Positions 1-8,961 of a stretch of 32,867 nucleotides of DNA are shown one piece after another. Under the pieces are notes generated by a model. The model saw nothing but the letters and a program-made list of their open reading frames with translations, was not told the DNA's origin and did no database searches. The stretch spans positions 1 to 32,867 of the forward strand of contig JAFGJV010000020.1 of the NCBI GenBank assembly GCA_016928955.1. Direction: 5' to 3'. Positions within the stretch are counted from its first letter, which is position 1. Each line of letters opens with the position of its first letter. This DNA comes from Spirochaetales bacterium. Its GTDB lineage: Bacteria > Spirochaetota > Spirochaetia > Treponematales > UBA12059. A program made the translations under genes and the position numbers.

Positions 1-21
1 GGACCAAGAGAATTCTACACT

Positions 22-57
22 AAAAAAGGCAGGGGTGCCTCGTTGGCCCCCCTGCCT
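22..57 (-). terminator. Intrinsic terminator downstream of the acyl-CoA ligase gene
   Basis: AGGCAGGGG (27-35) pairs with CCCCTGCCT (49-57), with an inner GCC/GGC pair and one mismatch. The A6 run at 22-27 reads as a U-tract on the minus strand. Confidence 0.7.
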
Positions 58-79
58 CCCTTAAGTCGGCTTTTTCAGT

Positions 80-108
80 GGCCCCGGCAAGCGCCGGCGG
101 TTTTTTTT
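80..108 (+). terminator. Intrinsic terminator for a + strand gene ending at or before the window start
   Basis: CCGGC-aagc-GCCGG stem (84-97), extended by CC/GG, followed by T8 at 101-108. Confidence 0.65.
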
Positions 109-124
109 GCGCTATATGAGCTTC

Positions 125-2035
<1,911 letters not shown>

Positions 2036-2120
2036 GGGCGTCCTCCGTGTGAATATGGGCGCCGCCTCAGGGGACGCGCCACCGTGCCCGACCGCGCTCT
2101 CTACCGGCGTGTCAGGGGTG

Positions 2121-2154
2121 TTTACAATTTAACAGTAATTGTAAAATCACGCAA
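2121..2154 (-). promoter_or_regulatory. Sigma70-type promoter of the acyl-CoA ligase with an overlapping palindromic operator
   Basis: Minus strand TTGCGT (2154-2149), 17 nt, TAAATT (2131-2126), with a TGn extension. A perfect inverted repeat TTTACAATT-N7-AATTGTAAA lies at 2121-2145. Confidence 0.7.
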
Positions 2155-2181
2155 GCTGGAGTTTTTTTAAGTTTGCGCCGC

Positions 2182-3177
2182 TCACGCCTGTTTTTGGACT
2201 CGTTCGGCCGGAACCTGCTCAAAATAGGACAGGAATAGCCGCTCTATGGTGTCCAGGTCCGGGGCGTTCTGTATGGCAAAGCGCAGGTGGTGCCCAAAGC
2301 TCAGGTTGTCGCAATAATAGAAAAAGAAGCGCCGTGCCCTGCTCAGGTGGAATTCGGGCGGAAGGCGACGCTTGAGCAGGTCCAGGAAGTCCATGCCCGT
2401 CTTAAGGACATCCACGATCATGCTGAAAGCCGGGTCGCCGTCTTGCCCACGGAGCAGGGCAAAGATCCACGGCCGCCTGACCGCCTCCCGGCCTATCATC
2501 ACGCCTCCGGCGCCCTGGCCGTCCACGGCCGCCCGGAACGAGGCCAGGTCGCGCACGTCGCCGTTCCCGATTACCGGTATGTCCAGCTCGCCCGACAGCA
2601 GTCCCACATAGGCCCACTTGCCCGTGCGCCGGAATTTTTCGTGCCTGAGGCGCGGGTGGAGGGTAAGCCAGTCGGCGCCTGCGTCGGCCAAGCCACGGCA
2701 GAAGCTGACGAGCCCGGGAGCGGACTCCTCGTAGCCCAGACGCAGCTTGCACGACAGGGGCTCGTCCGGGAGCAGGGAGCGGGCCGTGGCCACCAGGGCG
2801 GCCGCTCCCTCCGGGTCCTTCATCCAGGACACGCCGCCGCCTGCTTTTTCTATCTGCGGGGCGGCACAGCCAAAGTTCAGGTCCACCCCGCCAAAGGGCA
2901 GGCCGGCGGCGGCAAGCTCGCGGCGCAGTTTCGCTATGGCCTGGGCCAGGGTAGGGGCGTCAGGGGCAAAAAACTGGACGGACGTGAGACCCGGCTCCGG
3001 CGTGGTGTCCAAAAACCAGCGGTCCCAGGGCGCGCCGGCCACATAGGCGGCGGCGCCGGACATCTCGGTGCTGTATCGGTCGCAGCCGCCAAACGACGCT
3101 ATCAGATCGCGGAGCGCGACGTGGGACAGTTCGACCATGGGCGCCAGGATGAGGGCGCGCGGGGGCAGGAAGGACAT
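2182..3177 (-). CDS. tRNA-dihydrouridine synthase (Dus) family protein
   Basis: Motifs ILAPM, TEM, DLNFGC (catalytic Cys), KLRLG, TLHPR, PVIGNGD and GVMIGR. Start placed at ATG 3177 (MSFLPP) rather than the track's 3198. Confidence 0.9.
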   Translation of the reverse strand: MSFLPPRALILAPMVELSHVALRDLIASFGGCDRYSTEMSGAAAYVAGAPWDRWFLDTTPEPGLTSVQFFAPDAPTLAQAIAKLRRELAAAGLPFGGVDLNFGCAAPQIEKAGGGVSWMKDPEGAAALVATARSLLPDEPLSCKLRLGYEESAPGLVSFCRGLADAGADWLTLHPRLRHEKFRRTGKWAYVGLLSGELDIPVIGNGDVRDLASFRAAVDGQGAGGVMIGREAVRRPWIFALLRGQDGDPAFSMIVDVLKTGMDFLDLLKRRLPPEFHLSRARRFFFYYCDNLSFGHHLRFAIQNAPDLDTIERLFLSYFEQVPAERVQKQA

Positions 3178-3238
3178 CGGGCGACTGTAGCATTTCAAGG
3201 TCCTTTTGGCCTAGCATGGCTTTGGGAAGGCCCGCCGA

Positions 3239-3268
3239 TTGACTGTCCGGGGCGTTTCGGGGTATAAC
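3239..3268 (+). promoter_or_regulatory. Sigma70-type promoter of the rpsP operon
   Basis: TTGACT (3239-3244), 18 nt, TATAAC (3263-3268). Confidence 0.7.
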
Positions 3269-3391
3269 CCCTGGATGCGTATACCGCCCGGGGTCCGTTC
3301 TTCCGGGTCCCGGTTACGATACCCGGCCCCGCGGCGAGCGGATGGCCGCCCGGCCGGTCCTGCCGTCCGACAAGATTTCCAGGAGGAATCC

Positions 3392-3643
3392 GTGAGCGTT
3401 AAAATCAGGCTCAAGAAATTCGGCGCCAAGAAGCGCCCGTACTACCGCCTTGTCGTTCTCGACACCCGCCAGCCCCGCGACGGCAAGACCATCGACGAGC
3501 TGGGCGTGTACCACCCCATCGAGGTGGCGGAAAAGCAGCTACGCATCGATGAGGCCAAGGCCCGCGACTGGCTGGCCAAGGGCGCCGTGCCCTCGGACAC
3601 CGTCCGCAGCCTGCTCAACAAGCAGAACATACACGTAAAGTAA
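3392..3643 (+). CDS. rpsP: 30S ribosomal protein S16
   Basis: VKIRLKKFGAKKRPYYRLVV...PRDGKTIDELGVYHP...WLAKGAVPSDTV. GTG start follows AGGAGG. Confidence 0.97.
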   Translation: MSVKIRLKKFGAKKRPYYRLVVLDTRQPRDGKTIDELGVYHPIEVAEKQLRIDEAKARDWLAKGAVPSDTVRSLLNKQNIHVK

Positions 3644-3741
3644 GGATGCATCCGGAAGCCCAGAAGGGTTCCCGGATGGGTCCTGATACGGCGCCGCGGG
3701 GCTCACATCCCCGCCAGGCGCGAACCTGAAAGGAGCGGTCC

Positions 3742-3975
3742 ATGGAGCGCGACCTCGTAGAATACATCGCCAAGTCGCTCGTGGACGATCCCGCCGGCGT
3801 GTCCGTGGCCACCGTGGAAACGGACGAGGCCACCGTCATAGAGCTTCGCGTGTCGCCCGCCGACATAGGCAAGGTCATCGGAAAGCGCGGCCGCATAGCC
3901 AAGGCCATCCGCACGCTCCTCTCGGCCACGGCCACGAGGGGCAGCAAGGACGTCAGGCTGTCCATCCTGGACTGA
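3742..3975 (+). CDS. khpA: KH-domain RNA-binding protein (KhpA/YlqC family)
   Basis: DIGKVIGKRGRIAKAIRTLL contains the GxxG KH loop. It sits in the usual position between rpsP and rimM, with an AAGGAG RBS. Confidence 0.93.
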   Translation: MERDLVEYIAKSLVDDPAGVSVATVETDEATVIELRVSPADIGKVIGKRGRIAKAIRTLLSATATRGSKDVRLSILD

Positions 3976-3976
3976 T

Positions 3977-4477
3977 ATGGACGAGCTGGCCGTAGGCAGG
4001 CTCGGCGCCCCCCACGGCCTGGACGGGCGCGTCAAAGCCGTTTCGTACTCCGGAGAGATCGACCATCTGCTCGCGCTGGACGAGGTTGTCCTCAGGAAGG
4101 GCACCTCGACGCGGCGCGTCCGCTTCGAGTCGGCATCGCCCCTGGGCGCCGGTGTCCTGTACAAGGTGGCCGGGTACGACAGCCCCGAGGCCGCGAGGGA
4201 CCTGAGCGGCTGGGAAATCTGGGTGCCGCGGTCCAAGGCGGCCCCGTTAGGCCGCGACGAATACTATTTTGCCGACCTTGTCGGCTGCGTCGTGTATGAC
4301 GGCCAGCAGGCCGTGGGCAGGGTGGAAGCCGTGTGCGAGGCTGGCGGGGGCCAACTTCTAGAGCTGGAAATCCCCGGCAAACCGAACGCCTACGTCCCGT
4401 TCCGCAGCGAATTCATCGGCAAGGTGGACGTGGCTGCCAAGCGAGTAGAACTGCTGGCGCCCTGGGTGCTGGAATGA
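3977..4477 (+). CDS. rimM: Ribosome maturation factor RimM
   Basis: VGRLGAPHGLDGRVK, EYYFADLVGC and YVPF motifs; operon position. Confidence 0.95.
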   Translation: MDELAVGRLGAPHGLDGRVKAVSYSGEIDHLLALDEVVLRKGTSTRRVRFESASPLGAGVLYKVAGYDSPEAARDLSGWEIWVPRSKAAPLGRDEYYFADLVGCVVYDGQQAVGRVEAVCEAGGGQLLELEIPGKPNAYVPFRSEFIGKVDVAAKRVELLAPWVLE

Positions 4478-5199
4478 ACATCAACGTACTTTCCCTGTTC
4501 CCGGACATACTAAGGGGCTTTTTCCAGAGCTCCATCATGGCCCGCGCCGTGGCCAAGGGCCTGGTGTCCTACCAGCTGACCGACATACGGGATTACGCCA
4601 CGGACAAGCACCACAAGTGCGACGACGAGCCCTTCGGCGGCGGTGCCGGCATGCTCATGAAGCCCGAGCCGGTGTTCGGCGCCATGGAGGCGGCGGGTGC
4701 CGACAGCGCCCGCGTGGTCTACCTGAGCCCCGGCGGCCGCCTGTTCAACCAGGCATACGCCAGGGACCTGGCCTCGGAGGAGAACCTGATCCTCCTCTGC
4801 GGCCGCTACGAGGGCATGGACCAGCGGGTGATAGACCGCTGGGTGGACGACGAGATCAGCATAGGCGACTACGTGCTGTCGTCCGGCGAGGTGGCCGCCA
4901 TGGTGCTGGTCGACGCGGTATACCGGCTGATACCCGGCGTCATCACGGGGGAGTCGCTGGAAGAGGAAAGCTTCCAGGACGGCCTCCTCGAGTACCCCCA
5001 GTATACACGCCCCGCGCTTTATGATAGAATGAAAGTCCCGGACGTTCTCGTCTCGGGGCATCACGCCAATATCAACCAGTGGCGTTTCAGAAAACGGCTC
5101 GAGAAGACCCTGGTCTACCGTCCCGATCTGCTCCAGGGCAAGGGACTTGAGGGCGAACTGCGGGCCTTGGTACACGAATTGACGGAACAGGGGGAATGA
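4474..5199 (+). CDS. trmD: tRNA (guanine-N1)-methyltransferase TrmD
   Basis: DDEPFGGGAGM, CGRYEGMDQRV, SIGDYVLSSGE and LEYPQYTRP. ATG 4474 overlaps the rimM stop (ATGA). Confidence 0.97.
   Translation: MNINVLSLFPDILRGFFQSSIMARAVAKGLVSYQLTDIRDYATDKHHKCDDEPFGGGAGMLMKPEPVFGAMEAAGADSARVVYLSPGGRLFNQAYARDLASEENLILLCGRYEGMDQRVIDRWVDDEISIGDYVLSSGEVAAMVLVDAVYRLIPGVITGESLEEESFQDGLLEYPQYTRPALYDRMKVPDVLVSGHHANINQWRFRKRLEKTLVYRPDLLQGKGLEGELRALVHELTEQGE
5002..5030 (+). promoter_or_regulatory. Putative internal promoter in trmD for rplS
   Basis: TATACA (5002-5007), 17 nt, TAGAAT (5025-5030), with a TGn extension, in a locally AT-rich patch. Confidence 0.5.
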
Positions 5200-5202
5200 T
5201 AG

Positions 5203-5583
5203 ATGGATCTCATCAAGAAGCTCAACGCCGAACAGGCCAAGGATCTGCCCGATGTCAAGGCCGGAGACACCGTCCGCGTCCACTTCAAGATCGTTGAAGG
5301 CCGGACCGAGCGCGTGCAGGTGTATGAAGGCCTGGTCATAGCCATCAAGAACGCCGGCCTGTCCCGGACCTTCACCGTCCGCAAGAACTCGTACGGCGTC
5401 GGCGTGGAACGCGTGTTCCCGATGCATTCTCCGCGCATCGACAAGATCGAGGTCGTCCGGTGCGGCAAGGTCCGCCGCGGCAAGCTGTATTATATCCGCG
5501 AGAAGATCGGCAAGAAGGCCAAGATCAAGGAACTGCTCGGAGGCCGCAAGCCCCCCGTGCGTTCCCAGGCCGCCCAGGCCTGA
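5203..5583 (+). CDS. rplS: 50S ribosomal protein L19
   Basis: [30 protein letters not shown] and [13 protein letters not shown]. Confidence 0.97.
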   Translation: MDLIKKLNAEQAKDLPDVKAGDTVRVHFKIVEGRTERVQVYEGLVIAIKNAGLSRTFTVRKNSYGVGVERVFPMHSPRIDKIEVVRCGKVRRGKLYYIREKIGKKAKIKELLGGRKPPVRSQAAQA

Positions 5584-5608
5584 GGCCAGGGAACCCGCGG
5601 GCGTAAGC

Positions 5609-6526
5609 ATGCGCGGCACCCCGCACACCCAAGGCGTCGGAACGGCTGTGAAGGCTGGCTCCGGCGCCTTTGTGTTTATGAAGGCCGAGGGCCGGCTGCC
5701 AAGCGGTCTGTGGTCCGTCCTGGTGGACGGCCAGCGCCTCATGGCCAGGGCCGAGCGGCCCCTCCAGCCGGGCGCCGTATACGGGGCCGTGAGGGAGGGA
5801 GCTGGAAGGATATCAGCCCGGGCGCCCGATTTTCAGTCCAGGGCGTCGGAGTTCCTTGTGTCCCTGGGCCTACCCGACGACAAAGCGTCCCGCCTGGCCC
5901 TAAGCGCCCTCATGGCGGAGGGCCTTCCCCTGGGCGCCGACCAGCTGCGCGCCGCGCGCAGGGCCGCGTCGCGCAGGGACGATCCGGAGAGCGCCCGCCT
6001 TGCAGCCCGTGCCCTGGCAGCCGGCCTGGACCCGGACAACGTGCCCGTTGACCTGGTGCTGGGCCCACCCGCCGACGGTGGAGGGCGGGACGGTTCGGGC
6101 AAGGGCGACGGATCCCAGGCCGGACCCGACGCCCCCGATGGGCAGGACGGCCTGTCGGACGCCCTGAAAGCGGCCGTGGGGGCCGCGCTGGCGGACGCGA
6201 GCTACCGCGCCCTGGCCGCGCCTGGCCCGGACGGGCGGGGCTGGCTGTACGCTCCCTTTGACTTTGGCGGGACCGGGTTTGAATTCAGGGGTTTTGCGCG
6301 TATATTATTTAATTACGTGAGCTTGACAGCTGAGCGCATGGTCGTGGAGCTGCGCGGGCCGGAGCGCAGGGTGGTCGAGCTGGCAGGATCCGGCGACACG
6401 CTACGCTTGTCGTTTCTCTCGGACAGCGGGGCCGAGCGCGCCGGCTTTGAGCGGCTGTTCCCGGGCGGGGAGACGGGCTCGCTGGACGCGGCGGCCGGCT
6501 ACGAGGCGGTGGACAGCGATGCCTGA
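5609..6526 (+). CDS. Hypothetical protein, possibly FliK/YlqG-like
   Basis: 305-aa ORF with an N-terminal beta-rich segment, LGLP...GLPL helical motifs, a Gly/Asp-rich linker and a beta-rich C-terminal domain. It lies directly upstream of an FlhB-C-like gene. The start codon is uncertain. Confidence 0.6.
   Translation: MRGTPHTQGVGTAVKAGSGAFVFMKAEGRLPSGLWSVLVDGQRLMARAERPLQPGAVYGAVREGAGRISARAPDFQSRASEFLVSLGLPDDKASRLALSALMAEGLPLGADQLRAARRAASRRDDPESARLAARALAAGLDPDNVPVDLVLGPPADGGGRDGSGKGDGSQAGPDAPDGQDGLSDALKAAVGAALADASYRALAAPGPDGRGWLYAPFDFGGTGFEFRGFARILFNYVSLTAERMVVELRGPERRVVELAGSGDTLRLSFLSDSGAERAGFERLFPGGETGSLDAAAGYEAVDSDA
6279..6308 (+). promoter_or_regulatory. Putative internal promoter upstream of the FlhB-C-like and HD-GYP genes
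   Basis: TTGAAT (6279-6284) followed by TATATT (6301-6306, 16-nt spacer) or TATTAT (6303-6308, 18-nt spacer), in an AT-rich island within a very GC-rich ORF. Confidence 0.45.
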
Positions 6527-6791
6527 GCGGGATACGAACGGCCCGAAACGCGCGGCGGTCGTGGCCCTGCGCTACGATTCGTCGCTCCCTGCGCCGCTGG
6601 TGCTGGCGTCCCTGCGCGGAAGGGCGGCTGAGCGGGGCGTGGAGCTGGCACGGACTCACGGCGTGCCCGTGGTCCGGGACGAGGCGCTCAGCGCGGCGCT
6701 CCTGCCCCTGGACGTTGGCTCCCTTGTGCCGCCCGAGTATTGGGAGATAGTAGCCAAAGTGTTCGTCATGATAAGGAAAGTAGAACGATGA
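6519..6791 (+). CDS. Stand-alone FlhB C-terminal-like protein (EscU/YscU/HrcU family, YlqH/FlhX-like)
   Basis: AVVALRYD...APLVLA..RG..AE...ELARTHGVPVVRDEALS...VPPEYWEIVAKV matches the post-cleavage FlhB-CC pattern. Start at ATG 6519; 90 aa. Confidence 0.85.
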   Translation: MPERDTNGPKRAAVVALRYDSSLPAPLVLASLRGRAAERGVELARTHGVPVVRDEALSAALLPLDVGSLVPPEYWEIVAKVFVMIRKVER

Positions 6792-7927
6792 AAAAGAAGT
6801 ATCCCCTGGACAAGATCAAACCCGGCACCACGTTTACCGCCGACGCGTACGTGGACGCCGACAACCTCTTTGTGCCTGCCGGTACCCCGGTCCGGCCCCG
6901 GGACGTGGAGAGCCTGCTTCAGTGGGGCGTGAACTACGTGTTCAGCGAGGGCGACCAGGTGGAGCCCGAGGCCAGGAGCGCCAACCAGGCGCCCGCCCGC
7001 AAGGGCCTGGCCTCGTTCTCCGACCACCGGCTGTACGCCGAATACACGGACATGATAGACCGGCTCAAGGCCATCATGGACAAGATAGCTGACGCCGAGA
7101 AAATTCAGCCCAAAATCGTGGACAGCCTGGCCCAGGACGTGGTGGCCCTGGTGCGCGACAAGGAAAACGAGGTGGTGTCGGCCATCCTGTCCGGCGAGGT
7201 AAAGGGCTACGACCAGGCCAGGGCCGGCCTCAATTGCTCCATCCTGTCTGTGGTCATAGGCCAGACCCTGAAGCTGCCGGGTCACCGCCTGTCCCACCTG
7301 GCTGCCGGCGCCCTGCTCCACGACGTGGGCATGCTCCGCATACCGGACGAAATCATCCGAAAAAAGGGCAGTCTGTCGCCGGAAGAAGCCCAGAAAATGC
7401 AGGCCCATCCCCTGTTGTCCTACCGCATCATCACCAAGGAACTGCATTACCCGGACGACGTCGGTCTCATCGGCCTTCAGCACCACGAGCGCTGGGACGG
7501 AGGCGGCTATCCCCGCAGGACGGGCTCGAACGACATAGACATCCTTGCCCGCATCGTGTCCGTGGCCGACGCCTTTGAGGCCATGGTCAGCCAGAAGCCG
7601 TACCGCAACTCCATGATAGGCTACGCGGCCATGAAAAACCTCCTGTCGGACAATTCCCGGCGCTTTGATCCCGAGGTGCTCAAGGCTTTCATAGCCAGCA
7701 TGGGCATCTATCCCATCGGCTCCATCGTCGTGCTCAACAACGCGGCCATAGCCCGCGTCATGGACACCCACGCCGAGGCTCCCCTGCGCCCGCGCATCAA
7801 GGTGATTGTGGACGAGTTCGGCAAGCACTACAAGGACGACTCCGGCGACGTGCTGGACCTCCTGTCCGAGAAGGCCCTGTTCATAGCGCGCGCCCTGGAC
7901 CCGAGGGAACTCGAAGCGGCCTCGTGA
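6788..7927 (+). CDS. HD-GYP domain protein (putative cyclic dinucleotide phosphodiesterase)
   Basis: LLHDVG, HHERWDGGGYP, IVSVADAFEAM...PYR and FDP. ATG 6788 follows AAGGA and overlaps the previous stop (ATGA). Confidence 0.92.
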   Translation: MKKKYPLDKIKPGTTFTADAYVDADNLFVPAGTPVRPRDVESLLQWGVNYVFSEGDQVEPEARSANQAPARKGLASFSDHRLYAEYTDMIDRLKAIMDKIADAEKIQPKIVDSLAQDVVALVRDKENEVVSAILSGEVKGYDQARAGLNCSILSVVIGQTLKLPGHRLSHLAAGALLHDVGMLRIPDEIIRKKGSLSPEEAQKMQAHPLLSYRIITKELHYPDDVGLIGLQHHERWDGGGYPRRTGSNDIDILARIVSVADAFEAMVSQKPYRNSMIGYAAMKNLLSDNSRRFDPEVLKAFIASMGIYPIGSIVVLNNAAIARVMDTHAEAPLRPRIKVIVDEFGKHYKDDSGDVLDLLSEKALFIARALDPRELEAAS

Positions 7928-8292
7928 TACCCCCAGCATCGCGCACGGACTCCGGGCGCAGGGCGGAGGGGGCTGCCGCTGCCTATCTTGAGGCCGGCGG
8001 CTGGACCGTGCTGGCCAGAAACTGGCGGGGTGGCCCCGGGGAACTGGACCTGGTGGCGGCGCGCGGCCCCGTGCTGGCCTTTGTGGAGGTCAAGCGCGTG
8101 GACGCGTACGGCATGGAGAGCCTGTCCGACAGCGTGGGCCCGCGCAAACGCCAGCGCGTGGTGGAAACGGCTAAACTATTCCTTTCATTGAATCGACAAT
8201 TGAGCATGATGGCGCAGAGATTTGACGTGGTGGCCGTGCGGGGGGAAAAGGTGGCCGTCCATATTGAGGGCGCCTTTGGGGAGCGAGCATGA
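7924..8292 (+). CDS. yraN: YraN family protein (UPF0102, PD-(D/E)xK-like nuclease fold)
   Basis: GRRAE..AAAYL..GWTVLARNWR...GELDLVA...LAFVEVK...RFDVV. GTGA overlap with the HD-GYP gene. Confidence 0.92.
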   Translation: MIPPASRTDSGRRAEGAAAAYLEAGGWTVLARNWRGGPGELDLVAARGPVLAFVEVKRVDAYGMESLSDSVGPRKRQRVVETAKLFLSLNRQLSMMAQRFDVVAVRGEKVAVHIEGAFGERA

Positions 8293-8492
8293 CGCCGCAG
8301 GCCGGATTCCGGACCGAGGAAGACAGACTTGAAGAACTCCGCCGGAAAGTGCATGATGAGGAGTATCTAACCGGCGCCATCCTGCGCATAGCGCAGGTGC
8401 TGAGCGTCGAGATTCTGGACGGATACGGAGCGGTGCATGGCGGAGGGCGACAGGGACTCACGGAGGCGTTGGGGACGACGCGGCCACGATAA
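8289..8492 (+). CDS. Small hypothetical protein (helical, loosely FlgM-C-terminus-like)
   Basis: ATGA overlap with yraN and a GGGAG RBS. Amphipathic core RLEELRRKVHDEEYLTGAILRIAQVLS. Confidence 0.65.
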   Translation: MTPQAGFRTEEDRLEELRRKVHDEEYLTGAILRIAQVLSVEILDGYGAVHGGGRQGLTEALGTTRPR

Positions 8493-8829
8493 GGGCAACA
8501 AGAACGGCGAGCCCAGGCAGCCCAAGCCGGAACTGCCGGCGCCCGTGTGCGCGGTGTGCGGCAAGCAGATATTCGACCTGTCCAACGCCCTGGCCGACCG
8601 GGAATCCGGCCAGCCCGTGCACTTTGACTGCGCCCTGGCCAAGGCGTCCGAGGGCGAGCGCCTGGATCCCAACGAAAAGATCGTGTACATAGGCCGCGGA
8701 GCCTTCGCGGTGATAGAATACAAGGACAAGTCGCAGACTACCTTCACCATCAAGCGTCGCATATCCTGGGAAAAGGAAGGCGAAAAGCTCGAGTGGAGGA
8801 AGCTCATGCAACAGCGCATGGGTTTGTAA
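8437..8829 (+). CDS. Hypothetical protein with a putative Zn finger (CxxC...HxxC)
   Basis: GGAG RBS at 8427-8430; CAVC...HFDC; Arg-rich N-terminus; typical codon usage. Confidence 0.8.
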   Translation: MAEGDRDSRRRWGRRGHDKGNKNGEPRQPKPELPAPVCAVCGKQIFDLSNALADRESGQPVHFDCALAKASEGERLDPNEKIVYIGRGAFAVIEYKDKSQTTFTIKRRISWEKEGEKLEWRKLMQQRMGL

Positions 8830-8836
8830 GCGCCCT

Positions 8837-8860
8837 AAGCTCCCCCCTGGCGGCTTTTTT
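8837..8860 (+). terminator. Possible weak intrinsic terminator
   Basis: Imperfect stem AAGCTCC/GGcGGCTT running into T6, just after the 8829 stop. Confidence 0.4.
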
Positions 8861-8961
8861 GTGGCGCACGGGACTCCTTCTGTGTCGCAATTTCCCGGAT
8901 AGGTACGATATACTCCATTCATGGCGCCCGCGCTCCGGGCGTCAGGGCATGGAGGATATCA

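Noticed and set aside
1..23. Possible 3' end of an upstream + strand gene (TAA at 21-23)
   Set aside because: Too short to establish frame or identity.
3239..3391. N-terminal extension of S16 given in the ORF track
   Set aside because: The TTG is the promoter -35; the real start is GTG 3392 behind AGGAGG.
4510..5742. 410-aa antisense ORF across trmD-rplS
   Set aside because: Antisense shadow of conserved housekeeping genes.
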